From: Methylorubrum extorquens
GTDB taxonomy: Bacteria > Pseudomonadota > Alphaproteobacteria > Rhizobiales > Beijerinckiaceae
Direction: 5' to 3'
Assembly: GCA_900234795.1 (NCBI GenBank)
Contig: LT962688.1
Span: 2,100,001-2,132,000, forward strand
DNA: 32,000 nucleotides
Part shown: positions 1 to 8,290 of the stretch, piece by piece
Layout of the letters: each line of letters begins with the position of its first letter
Numbering within the stretch: the stretch's first letter is position 1
Notes under the pieces: generated by a model
Told to the model about the DNA's origin: nothing
Seen by the model: only the letters and a program-made list of their open reading frames with translations
Databases searched by the model: none
Translations under genes and position numbers: made by a program

Positions 1-310
1 TCTTGGCATTCGCCGCCTGCGCGAAGACCGGCACCGTGTCGGCGACGTCCGCCGAGACGTCGATGCGGCCGACATTCAGCGCCTCCATGATCGGCAGGCC
101 GCTGGTGAATTCGTGCCAGGACACGATGACGCCGAGCGGCTTCAGGGCCGTTTCCAGGGTCGCGTCCTCGCGCAGCAGCGAGATCAGCGCCGAGGAACGC
201 TGGTAGCCGATGCGCAGGGTGGATTCCTCCGCCGCGGCCGGGTTGCGACCGAGAGCGAGACTCAGCGTCAGGCCGGCGAGGACGAGGCGGGCGGCGGACC
301 GGCGGTTCAT
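1..310 (-). CDS. SsuA-like (NitT/TauT family) ABC substrate-binding protein, 5' part only; the gene continues past the left edge
   Basis: My own reverse translation from the ATG at 310-308 gives MNRRSAARLVLAGLTLSLALGRNPAAAEESTLRIGYQRSSALISLLREDATLETALKPLGVIVSWHEFTSGLPIMEALNVGRIDVSADVADTVPVFAQAANAK... It has a signal peptide, then the LRIGYQ and EALN-G-ID blocks shared with the paralogs at 412-1387 and 4297-5280. It is missing from the ORF track because it has no stop codon inside the window. Confidence 0.8.
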   Translation of the reverse strand, partial: MNRRSAARLVLAGLTLSLALGRNPAAAEESTLRIGYQRSSALISLLREDATLETALKPLGVIVSWHEFTSGLPIMEALNVGRIDVSADVADTVPVFAQAANAK

Positions 311-411
311 GAGGGCTTTTCGTTTTTTTAGAGGACGCAAACGGGACGGACGCCTCCCCCCGCAAGGAGGGAGGACAGAGCTACGGCGAGGGGCCGGTTG
401 GGGAAGAGAAA

Positions 412-1387
412 TCAGCTTCCGGGCTTGCGCACGGCGCCGGCGATGTCGACCGTCTTCGGCACAAGCTTGAGCCCGTGGAAGGTGTCGGCGATGCGCTGCT
501 GCTCCTTCGTCACCGCCTCGTCGAGGGGGGCGGATGCCGTAGGTCTGGCGTTTGAGGGCGATGCTCAGGATCGGCGCCGGGATACCGACGGACGGGCTCA
601 GTTCCTTGGCCACCGCATCGGTGTTGTCCTTGGCCCAGGCATCGACCTCGGCCACCGCCGCGACGATGGCGTCGAGCGCCGGGCCGTTCTCGGCGACGAA
701 GGACTTGGAGGAGAGATAGAACTGGTGGTTCGGCACGAGGCCGGTGCCGTCGGCCAGCACCCGGGCGTTGCCGCCGGCTTCGGCGGCCGCGAAGTACGGG
801 TCCCAGATCACCCAGGCATCGATCGCGCCGCGCTCGAACGCCGCCCGCGCATCGGCCGGGGCGAGGTAGACCGGGGTGATGTCGGCGAGCGTCAGGCCCG
901 CCGCCTCAATGGCGCGCACCAGCAGGTAGTGGACATTCGAGCCCTTGTTCAGCGCGACCTTTTTTCCGCGCAGATCGGCCACCGATTGCACGGCACTGGA
1001 TTTCGGAACCAGGATCGCCTCGCCCTTCGGCGCGGCGGGCTCGTGGGCGACGTAAGCGAGCACGTCGCTCGCGGCCTGGGCGAAAATCGGCGGGGTCTCG
1101 CCCGCCGAGCCGAAATCGACCGCACCCGCATTCAGCGCTTCCATCAGCGGCGGGCCGGAGGGAAACTCCGACCACTGCACCCGGTAGCCCAGCGCCTTCA
1201 GCTTCGGCTCCAGGCTGCCGCGGCCCTTGAGCAAGACCAGCGTGCCGTATTTCTGGTAGCCGATCCGCACCGTGCGCTCCTGCGCGTGTGCCGCCAGCGT
1301 CAGGCTGACGAAGATCAGCGCGGCCAGCGCCAGCCACAGGCGCGGCAGCAGCGAGGATGCGGGAACGGCGCGGGTGCGGGTAAGCAT
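412..1387 (-). pseudogene. SsuA-like substrate-binding protein gene interrupted by a one-base frameshift in a G6 run (525-530 on +); either a real pseudogene or a homopolymer sequencing error
   Basis: My own reverse translation from the ATG at 1387-1385 gives MLTRTRAVPASSLLPRLWLALAALIFVSLTLAAHAQERTVRIGYQKYGTLVLLKGRGSLEPKLKALGYRVQWSEFPSGPPLMEALNAGAVDFGSAGETPPIF...ALKRQTYGIRP. After the C6 run the frame reads PRRGGDEGAAAHRRH..., which looks like junk. Removing one C restores LDEAVTKEQQRIADTFHGLKLVPKTVDIAGAVRKPGS* and ends at the TGA at 414-412. That restored tail parallels MDAAVIAEQQRIADRFHAIGVIP in the paralog at 4297-5280. Not in the ORF track. Confidence 0.8.
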
Positions 1388-1405
1388 CGGACTAAAAATC
1401 CCCGA

Positions 1406-2581
1406 TCAGTGGGCGCTGACGCGGCGGGTCGGCACGATGTCGTTGGCGATCACCTCGCCGAACGGACCGTTGTTGCGGGCCGTGCTCGGGGCCGTGCCGG
1501 TGGTGGCGCGCAGGGGGAGCTTCGGGAAGACCAGTTCGGCAAAGCGGTAGGCCTCCTCCAGATGCGGGTAGCCGGAGAGGATGAAGCGGTCGATGCCGAG
1601 ATCGATGTACTCCTTCATCCGGTCGGCGACCTGATCGGCCGAGCCGACCAGAGCCGTGCCCGCCCCACCGCGGACGAGGCCGACGCCGGCCCAGAGGTTG
1701 GGCGAGACCACGAGCTTGTTCCGGTCGCCGCCGTGCAGCGCCATCATCCGGCTCTGGCCGACGGAATCCTGGCGCTTCAGGGTCGCCTGCGCCTGGGCGA
1801 TGGTGGCGTCGTCGAGCCGCGAGATCAGCCGGTCTGCCGCCTCCCAGGCCTCGCTCTCGGTCTCGCGCACGATGACGTGCAGGCGGATGCCGTAAGAGAA
1901 GGTCTTGCCCTTTCTCTCGGAGGCCTCGCGGGCCTTGGCGATCTTCTCGGCGACACCGGCCGGGGGCTCGCCCCAGGTGAGGTAGACCTCGCAATGTTCG
2001 GCCGCGACCTCGATCCCGGCGGGCGAGGAGCCGCCGAAATAGAGCGGCGGATAGGGCGCCTGCACGGGCCGGAAGATCACCCGGCCGTTCTCGGAGCGCA
2101 GGTGCTTGCCCTCGAAGTTCACGGTCTCGCCGGCCATCAGCCCGCGCCAGATGTGGAGGAACTCGTCGGTGACGACGTAGCGCTCGTCGTGGTCGAGGAA
2201 GACGCCGTCGCCCTTGAGCTCGACGGGATCACCCCCGGTGACGACGTTGATGAGCAGGCGCCCGTCCGAGATCCGGTCCAGCGTCGCGGCCATGCGCGCG
2301 GCCATCGACGGTTCCTGAAGGCCGGGGCGCACGGCGACGAGGAAGCGCAGGCGCTGCGTGAGCGGGGCGAGGGCCGAGGCGACGACCCAGGAATCCTCGC
2401 AGGAGCGCCCGGTCGGCAGCAGCACGCCGTAATAGCCGAGGTCGTCCGCGGCCTGGGCGATCTGACGGAGATAGGGCAGCGAGACGTCGCGGGCGCCTTC
2501 CGAGGCGCCGAGATAGCGGCCGTCGCCATGGGTGGGCAGGAACCAGAGAACGTCGGTCTTGCCGTCGGTCTGGATGGTCAT
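1406..2581 (-). CDS. ssuD: FMNH2-dependent alkanesulfonate monooxygenase
   Basis: 391-aa ORF starting [25 protein letters not shown]... and containing [17 protein letters not shown]. It is a luciferase-like monooxygenase with typical SsuD length and N-terminus, and it sits inside an ssuEACB context. Confidence 0.9.
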   Translation of the reverse strand: MTIQTDGKTDVLWFLPTHGDGRYLGASEGARDVSLPYLRQIAQAADDLGYYGVLLPTGRSCEDSWVVASALAPLTQRLRFLVAVRPGLQEPSMAARMAATLDRISDGRLLINVVTGGDPVELKGDGVFLDHDERYVVTDEFLHIWRGLMAGETVNFEGKHLRSENGRVIFRPVQAPYPPLYFGGSSPAGIEVAAEHCEVYLTWGEPPAGVAEKIAKAREASERKGKTFSYGIRLHVIVRETESEAWEAADRLISRLDDATIAQAQATLKRQDSVGQSRMMALHGGDRNKLVVSPNLWAGVGLVRGGAGTALVGSADQVADRMKEYIDLGIDRFILSGYPHLEEAYRFAELVFPKLPLRATTGTAPSTARNNGPFGEVIANDIVPTRRVSAH

Positions 2582-2608
2582 GGAATACGCTCCGAAAAAT
2601 CGAAAAAG

Positions 2609-3409
2609 TCAGGCGCGGTGGCCGAGAAGCCGGTCGAGGATGCGGCCTTCGAGTTCGGCCAGCGCCGGGTCGCCGCGGCGGCGCGGGCGCGGCACATCGA
2701 CCGCAACGTCGAGGGCGATGGCGCCCTCCTCGACCACGAGGATGCGGTCGGCCATCGCCACCGCCTCTCCGACATCGTGGGTGACGAGGATCGCGGTGAA
2801 GCCCTGGGCCTCCCAGATCCGCTCGATCATCGCCTGCATCTCGATGCGGGTGAGCGCGTCGAGCGCGCCCAGCGGCTCGTCGAGCGCCAGCAGCGCCGGG
2901 CGGCTCACCAGGGCGCGGGCGAGCGCCACCCGCTGGCGCTGGCCGCCGGACAGGGTCGCGGGCCAGTTGCCGGCCTTCTCCGCCAGCCCGACCTCGTCGA
3001 GGACGGCGAGCGCCCGCTTGCGCCGCTCGGCACGGCCGATTTCGCGCCCGAGCCCGACCGCGACGTTGTCGGCGACGCGTGCCCAGGGCAGCAGCCGCGG
3101 CTCCTGGAACATGATTTTCTTGGATTGGGCCGCGCCGTTTCTGGCACCGCCGTTGACGGTGACGCGGCCGGCGCTCGGCTCCTCAAGGCCGAGGATGAGG
3201 CGCAGCAGGGTGCTCTTGCCGCAGCCGGAGCGGCCGACCACGGCGACGAACTGGCCGGCGGGGATGTGGAGGTCGAGGCCGCGGATGACCGGGGCGCCCC
3301 CGTCGAAGCTTTTCGCGAGGCCGCGCAGGGTGATGGCGAGGCCGGCGTCGTGAGGGCGCGCGGCGGCATCCTCGACGCGCAGGGCAGTGGCAGCGGACAT
3401 GGAACTCAC
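2609..3409 (-). CDS. ssuB: Aliphatic sulfonate ABC transporter ATP-binding protein
   Basis: Walker [14 protein letters not shown] signature [15 protein letters not shown] and Walker B LLALDEP are all present. It lies between the ssuC and ssuD genes. Confidence 0.9.
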   Translation of the reverse strand: MSSMSAATALRVEDAAARPHDAGLAITLRGLAKSFDGGAPVIRGLDLHIPAGQFVAVVGRSGCGKSTLLRLILGLEEPSAGRVTVNGGARNGAAQSKKIMFQEPRLLPWARVADNVAVGLGREIGRAERRKRALAVLDEVGLAEKAGNWPATLSGGQRQRVALARALVSRPALLALDEPLGALDALTRIEMQAMIERIWEAQGFTAILVTHDVGEAVAMADRILVVEEGAIALDVAVDVPRPRRRGDPALAELEGRILDRLLGHRA

Positions 3410-3439
3410 TCGCGGAAGAAAGACGCGCGGAAAGAATGA

Positions 3440-4300
3440 TCAGGCGTTGCGGTAGGCCGGGTTCCAGGAGAGGCAGGTGCGCTCGAGCGCCCGGGTCAGG
3501 CTGTCGGCGATCTTGCCCAGCCCGGCGTAGATCAGGATCGCCAGCACCACGACATCGACCAGCATGAACTCGCGGGCCTGCATCGCCATGTAGCCGAGGC
3601 CGGAATTGGCCGAGATCGTCTCGGCGACGATCAGCGTCAGCCACATGATGCCGAGCGCGTAGCGCACGCCGACGAAGATCGAGGGCAGCGCGCCGGGCAG
3701 CACCACGCGCCAGAACAGCTCGCGCCGGTTCATGCCGTAGACCCGACCCATCTCGATGAGCTGCGGATCGACCGAGCGGATGCCGTGCAGGGTGTTGGCG
3801 TAGACGGGGAAGAACACGCCGAGCGCCACGAGGAAGAGCTTGGCCCCCTCGTCGATGCCGAACCACAGGATCACCAGCGGGATCAGCGACAGGTGCGGAA
3901 TGTTGCGCACCATCTGCAGCGTGGTGTCGGTGAGCTTTTCCGAGAGGTTCGACAGGCCGTTGGCGAGCCCGAAGCTCAGCCCGATGCCGCCGCCGATGAG
4001 GAAGCCGGCGGCTGCGCGGGCGAAACTGACCCACAGGTTCTCCCAGAGCTCGCCGGTCTGGGCGAGGCGCCAGCCCGCGGCGGCCACGTCGAGGGGCGCG
4101 GGCATGAACCGGGTCGAGACGAGCCCGAACGAGGCCGCCGCCTGCCAGCCGGCCAGAACGAGGGTCGGCAGCAGCCAGGGCAGCAGCTTACCCGTCGGTA
4201 GCCGCAGGGGCTTGCGTTGCAGCGGCGCGGCGGCCTTGGCGCGGCTTGCGCGGCCAGGGAGCGATCGGATCGCGGCGGAATCGGCCATGGTTCGGCTCAT
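3440..4300 (-). CDS. ssuC: Aliphatic sulfonate ABC transporter permease
   Basis: The tracked ORF 3440-4717 has an Arg-rich N-terminal extension that overlaps ssuA and looks spurious. The start MSRTMADS (ATG 4300-4298) overlaps the ssuA stop (4299-4297) as ATGA. The protein is multi-TM with a BPD-type permease pattern. Confidence 0.85.
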   Translation of the reverse strand: MSRTMADSAAIRSLPGRASRAKAAAPLQRKPLRLPTGKLLPWLLPTLVLAGWQAAASFGLVSTRFMPAPLDVAAAGWRLAQTGELWENLWVSFARAAAGFLIGGGIGLSFGLANGLSNLSEKLTDTTLQMVRNIPHLSLIPLVILWFGIDEGAKLFLVALGVFFPVYANTLHGIRSVDPQLIEMGRVYGMNRRELFWRVVLPGALPSIFVGVRYALGIMWLTLIVAETISANSGLGYMAMQAREFMLVDVVVLAILIYAGLGKIADSLTRALERTCLSWNPAYRNA

Positions 4301-5280
4301 CCGTTGTTCTGAGTCTTGGTGGCGGTCGCGGGCGGCGTCCAGACGATGTCGGAGACGCGCACGGAGCGGGGGATCACGCCGATGGCGTGGAAGCGGTCGG
4401 CGATGCGCTGCTGCTCGGCGATCACCGCCGCATCCATCGGCGCGATGACGAAGCGGATGCGATCCACCGCGCGGCGCGTGGCGGCGAGCGGCACGCCGGT
4501 GATCTTCGACAGGCTCGCCGCGACGCTGGGACGGTTGCCCTCGCACCACACCGCGACCTCGCCGAGCGCGGCGATGGCCGCCTTCAGCACCTCGGGTCGC
4601 TCCTCGGCGAAGCCCTTGTTGGCGAGGAAGAAATTGTTGGTCGGCGTGATGTCCTGGGCCTGGACGAGAATGCGCGCGCCCTGCCCTTCCTCGGCGATGG
4701 CGAAGTAGGGATCCCACACCGTCCAGGCGTCGATCGTGCCGCCGGCAAAGGCCGCAGCGCCGTCGGCCGGCGCCAGCAGGACGGGGGTGATGTCGCGGTA
4801 GGACAGGCCCGCCTTCTCCAGCGCCGCGACGGTGAAGTTATGCGCGCTCGAGCCCTTGGCGAAGGCGACGCGCTTGCCCTTGAGGTCGGCCAGCGTGGCG
4901 ACCGACGAGCCCTTCGGCAGCAGGATCGCCGAGCCCGAGCCGCCTTTGGGCTGGGCCGCCGCGTAGACGAGATTCGCGCCCGCGGCCTGGGCGAAGATCG
5001 GCGGCGCGTCGCCGGTCTGGCCGAAATCGATTGCGCCGAGATTCAGCGCTTCGAGCAGCGGCGGACCGAACGAGAACTCGACCCAGCGCACGCTCACGCC
5101 CTGCGGCTTCAGCGCGGCCTCGATCGCCGCCTGCTCGCGGGCAACGGCGAGGATGCCGTTCTTCTGGTAGCCGATGCGCAGCACGCCCGGCTCGCTTGCG
5201 CGGGCGAGGCGGAGCGGAAGCGCGGTGCCGGCCAGGGCGAGGCCGGCCGCGAGGAGGCGGCGGCGGTCGAGCGTCGTCAT
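4297..5280 (-). CDS. ssuA: Aliphatic sulfonate ABC transporter substrate-binding protein with a Tat-type signal
   Basis: I chose the internal start MTTLDRRRLLAAGLALAGTALPLRLARA (ATG 5280-5278), which is a twin-arginine signal. The upstream part of the tracked ORF overlaps ssuE and looks non-protein-like. The LRIGYQKNG, EALN-GAIDF and QQRIADRF blocks are present. Confidence 0.85.
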   Translation of the reverse strand: MTTLDRRRLLAAGLALAGTALPLRLARASEPGVLRIGYQKNGILAVAREQAAIEAALKPQGVSVRWVEFSFGPPLLEALNLGAIDFGQTGDAPPIFAQAAGANLVYAAAQPKGGSGSAILLPKGSSVATLADLKGKRVAFAKGSSAHNFTVAALEKAGLSYRDITPVLLAPADGAAAFAGGTIDAWTVWDPYFAIAEEGQGARILVQAQDITPTNNFFLANKGFAEERPEVLKAAIAALGEVAVWCEGNRPSVAASLSKITGVPLAATRRAVDRIRFVIAPMDAAVIAEQQRIADRFHAIGVIPRSVRVSDIVWTPPATATKTQNNG

Positions 5281-5281
5281 C

Positions 5282-5851
5282 TCAGCGCGCCGCGGCCGTC
5301 GCCAGCGGTGCCGCGGCAGACTGCGCGACGTCGAGAAGCCGGGCGAGTTCGGCGGCGGCCTGCGCCACGCGGGCCCGCACGATCTCGTCGGCGACCCGGC
5401 CCTCGGCGATTTCGGTGTCGCCGGCATAGACGGCGGTCGGCGTGGTCTGCGCCGAGAAGAAACCGAAGAGCGGGCGCAAGGAGTGCTCGACCACCAGGGC
5501 GTGGCGCGGCCCGCCGCCGGTCGCGGTGAGCACCACCGGCTTGCCGATCAGCGCCTCGGGGGCGACGAAGTCGATCAGGTGCTTGAACAGCCCCGCATAG
5601 CTGCCCTTGTAGACCGGCGAGCCGATGATCAGCGCGTCGGCCGTCTCGATCGCCTCCACGATCCGCGCCGCCGGCAGCGGCAGGGCCGAACGGCTCGCGA
5701 CCGCGATGCCGGTGCCGGCATCGACGAGATCGTAGACCTTCAGGTCGATCGGGCGCTGGCGCGACAATTCGGCGGCCACCGCCTCGACCAGGGTGCGGGT
5801 GCGGGAGGGGCGGTGCGTGTTGCCAGAGAAGGCAACGATCCGTGCGGGCAT
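5282..5851 (-). CDS. ssuE: NAD(P)H-dependent FMN reductase (SsuE/MsuE family)
   Basis: 189 aa. The IVAFSGN-RPSRTR, GSPVYKGSYAGLFKHLIDF and GKPVVLTATGGG-RHAL blocks follow the SsuE pattern as I recall it from E. coli. It is the first gene of the ssu operon and ends 1 nt before the ssuA start. Confidence 0.8.
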   Translation of the reverse strand: MPARIVAFSGNTHRPSRTRTLVEAVAAELSRQRPIDLKVYDLVDAGTGIAVASRSALPLPAARIVEAIETADALIIGSPVYKGSYAGLFKHLIDFVAPEALIGKPVVLTATGGGPRHALVVEHSLRPLFGFFSAQTTPTAVYAGDTEIAEGRVADEIVRARVAQAAAELARLLDVAQSAAAPLATAAAR

Positions 5852-5949
5852 CGCGAATGATCCGAGGCAGGGCCGCGGCCATGGAAGAGCGGGGCCAGAA
5901 ACCTCCTGAAGGAGTGTCTCAAGCCTTAAATCTTCGAAGGGCAGCGGAG

Positions 5950-6027
5950 CGTTGTTGGGACGTTGTTGTCCTGAAATTTAAAGACTTGGGGCGGGGCAAA
6001 TCAACGGATTGTTTTTGCGTTGTTTTT
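5950..6027. promoter_or_regulatory. Two pairs of 11-bp-phased direct repeats (CGTTGTTG x2, TTGTTTTT x2) in the divergent ssuE / MFS intergenic region
   Basis: CGTTGTTG occurs at 5950-5957 and 5961-5968. TTGTTTTT occurs at 6009-6016 and 6020-6027. The surroundings are locally AT-rich, in the 409-bp region between the ssuE start (5851) and the MFS start (6261). Confidence 0.35.
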
Positions 6028-6260
6028 CTGGCGCGGAGGACAGTTCTCTCGCTTCGCGCGGAAAGGCAGAGAGATTCTTTTTGCCCTCGTCCGCAGCCTG
6101 TGGCGCTCCGCGAGGGCATCGGGCGGAGCCCTCACGCGCGATCGTTCTGACGTGAGTGCAGGTCTGCCTCCCGGTCATGCGCCTGTCGCGTCCGCCCGAG
6201 ATGACCATGTTGCGGCGCTCGTATTGCAGCGCAACACACGCGCTGCCCGGAGCATTCTGC

Positions 6261-7436
6261 ATGGCATCCCTGCCGATCCTCGCGCTCGCCGTCGCCTCCT
6301 TCGGCATCGGCACCACCGAGTTCGTCATCATGGGCCTCCTGCCGGAGATGGCGCGCGACTTCGACGTCACGATCCCGCAAGCGGGCCACCTCGTGTCCGG
6401 CTACGCGCTCGGTGTGGTGATCGGCGCGCCGCTCGTGGCGATGGCAACCGCGCACCTGCCGCGCAAAGCGGCCCTGCTCGCTCTGATGGCGGTGTTCACC
6501 CTCGGCAACCTCGCCTGTGCCCTGGCGCCGAGCTACGCATGGCTGATGGCCGCGCGGGTCGCCACCGCTTTCGCGCACGGTGCCTTCTTCGGCATCGGCG
6601 CCATCGTCGCGCGCAACCTCGTGCCGCGCGAGAAGCGCACGCAGGCCGTCTCGCTGATGTTCGCCGGGCTGACGCTCGCCAACGTCCTCGGTGTGCCGCT
6701 CGGAACCGCGCTCGGACAGGCCTTCGGCTGGCGCTCGACCTTCTGGGCGGTGGTCGGCATCGGGCTCGTAGCGGGGGCAGCCATCGCGCTCGCCCTGCCC
6801 GGCGGAATGCCCGGGACGCGCGGCGGCCTCGGACGGGAATTCCGGGCGCTCGGGCGCTGGCCGGTGCTGCGGCCGATGCTGGTCTCGACCCTGTCCTCGG
6901 TAAGCTTCTTCACCGTCTTCACCTACATCGCGCCGTTCCTGCTCACCGTGACGCATCTGACGCCCGGCGGCGTGACGGGGGCGCTGTTCGCGGCCGGCGT
7001 CGGCCTCACGATCGGCAATCTCGCCGGCGGCTGGCTCGCCGACCGCAGCCTGATGCGCACGGTGCTCGGCAGCTTTGCTGCCCTCATCGCGGTGCTCGTC
7101 GTATTCCCGCTGGTCGCGCCCTTTACCTGGCCGGCGCTGGCGGTGCTGGTGCTGTGGAGCGGACTCGCCTTCGCCCTGGTCTCACCGCTTCAGGTCTGGG
7201 TGCTGGAGGCGGCCAGCGACGCCCCAAACCTCGCCTCGACCCTGAACCAGGGGGCGTTCAATCTCGGCAACGCGCTTGGCGCTTGGCTCGGCGGTACGGC
7301 GCTGACGCTGGGCGTGGGTTACGCGGAGTTGCCGGCCCTGGCGGCCGTCGTCTCCCTTCTGGGCCTCGGACTTGCCGCCACAGGGGCCGCGCGGTCCCTA
7401 TGGCCGTCCCTGGCGGCAAGCCAGGGACGGTCGTGA
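6261..7436 (+). CDS. MFS transporter, DHA1 / YdhP-AraJ-like
   Basis: I chose the start MASLPILALAVASFGIGTTEFVIMGLLPEMARDFDVTIPQAG because it aligns with the YdhP N-terminus (PLLALAIGAFGIGTTEF) as I recall it. The protein has 12-TM-like hydrophobicity. Upstream in-frame starts at 6156 and 6201 are possible but less likely. Confidence 0.8.
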   Translation: MASLPILALAVASFGIGTTEFVIMGLLPEMARDFDVTIPQAGHLVSGYALGVVIGAPLVAMATAHLPRKAALLALMAVFTLGNLACALAPSYAWLMAARVATAFAHGAFFGIGAIVARNLVPREKRTQAVSLMFAGLTLANVLGVPLGTALGQAFGWRSTFWAVVGIGLVAGAAIALALPGGMPGTRGGLGREFRALGRWPVLRPMLVSTLSSVSFFTVFTYIAPFLLTVTHLTPGGVTGALFAAGVGLTIGNLAGGWLADRSLMRTVLGSFAALIAVLVVFPLVAPFTWPALAVLVLWSGLAFALVSPLQVWVLEAASDAPNLASTLNQGAFNLGNALGAWLGGTALTLGVGYAELPALAAVVSLLGLGLAATGAARSLWPSLAASQGRS

Positions 7437-7442
7437 CTCAGG

Positions 7443-8141
7443 TCACATCGGCGGGGTGAGGCCGTCCTTGCCCACCGCGACGAGCTTGCCTTCGAGCTTG
7501 CCGCCGTCCTTGGCCGCGACCACGAAGATCTTCGCACCCGGCGTCAGGATCGACTTGTCGGCGGGGTCGAAGGCGACGATCGGCGCTTTGGGCGGCACCA
7601 CGATCGTCTTCGAGCCATCCTTGTCGTAGGTCACGGTGAGGGTGCGCTCGCCGCCGCTTCCGGCATTGCTGCTGGCCACGGTGGCGTTGGTCATCGAGCT
7701 CTTGACCTTCGGCGCGCCGCCCGCGCTGGCGCCGCCGGCCTTCACGGTGCCGTTGGTCATGGAGCTCTTCACCACCGGCCCGCCGCCGCCCGTCGTGTGG
7801 TCGGGGATCGCGTCCCAGCCGTAATGGCCCTCGGCGGTGCCACGCATGGATTCGGGGAACAGCACCACTTCAAGCGCCGTCATCGGGTTCTCGCCCTTGG
7901 TCGCGGTGCCGATGAAGGTGCCGTCCTTGATCTGGTCCAGGCTCGACTTCACCACCCAGGCGAACTTGGCGCCGCCGACCTGCACTGTCTCGGACGTGCC
8001 GTCGGTGGTCTTGATCGTGACCGTGCCGGCGTCGCTTTTCTCGATCGTGCCGCGCACCCGCTGAAGCTCGGCCGCCTGGGCCGCACCCGCCAGCGTCGTC
8101 AGGGCGGCGACCGCCAAGGCGGTCCGCATCGTCTGGAACAT
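7443..8141 (-). CDS. Secreted hypothetical protein with two beta-rich modules and an internal 22-aa repeat
   Basis: Signal peptide MFQTMRTALAVAALTTLAGAAQA. A GGAGAA Shine-Dalgarno lies 6 nt upstream of the ATG at 8141-8139. The KSSMTN-x-TV repeat corresponds to DNA copies at 7686-7706 and 7752-7772. I do not recognise a family with confidence. Confidence 0.75.
   Translation of the reverse strand: MFQTMRTALAVAALTTLAGAAQAAELQRVRGTIEKSDAGTVTIKTTDGTSETVQVGGAKFAWVVKSSLDQIKDGTFIGTATKGENPMTALEVVLFPESMRGTAEGHYGWDAIPDHTTGGGGPVVKSSMTNGTVKAGGASAGGAPKVKSSMTNATVASSNAGSGGERTLTVTYDKDGSKTIVVPPKAPIVAFDPADKSILTPGAKIFVVAAKDGGKLEGKLVAVGKDGLTPPM
7686..7772 (-). repeat. 66-nt-period coding repeat (KSSMTN-x-TV) inside the secreted protein gene
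   Basis: gttggtcatcgagctcttgac (7686-7706) and gttggtcatggagctcttcac (7752-7772) on the + strand correspond to VKSSMTNATV and VKSSMTNGTV on the - strand. Confidence 0.75.
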
Positions 8142-8253
8142 GAGGTTTTCTCCGTTTGAGATCGGAGAAGAGTGGCGCGGGGCCGGAGGCTTTCAAGATT
8201 GCGCGCAAAATGGTGATGCGCAATCTTGCTGATCTTCTCCTCAGGCGCTGACC
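8142..8253 (-). promoter_or_regulatory. Structured 5' leader with mutually exclusive helices, one of which sequesters the Shine-Dalgarno of the 7443-8141 gene
   Basis: In + coordinates, ttctccg (8148-8154) pairs with cggagaa (8163-8169). ggagaaga (8164-8171) pairs with tcttctcc (8233-8240). A perfect 11-bp inverted repeat CAAGATTGCGC/GCGCAATCTTG lies at 8194-8204 / 8218-8228. Confidence 0.4.
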
Positions 8254-8290
8254 GCGATCACGAGGCCTGCCGGGTCCGGACGGCGCGCGA

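Noticed and set aside
398-3439. 1013-aa + strand ORF, the longest complete ORF in the track
   Set aside because: It is antisense to four well-supported minus-strand genes (an ssuA paralog, ssuD, ssuB and the start of ssuC). The protein is Arg/Gly/Ala/Asp-rich with no motifs. Long stop-free antisense frames are expected at this G+C level.
4301-4717. N-terminal extension of the tracked ssuC ORF (425 aa), and similar extensions for ssuA (to 5427), nagZ (to 11365), IalB (to 27467) and the ParG-like gene (to 22245)
   Set aside because: The extensions overlap the preceding gene, are Arg/Pro-rich, and are followed by internal ATGs that give canonical N-termini, signal peptides or ATGA coupling.
7434-7445. 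Convergent MFS and secreted-protein genes only 6 nt apart, with their stops embedded in GTGAC-TCAG-GTCAC
   Set aside because: The 5-bp stem is too weak to interpret. Tight convergent spacing is common in compact GC-rich genomes.
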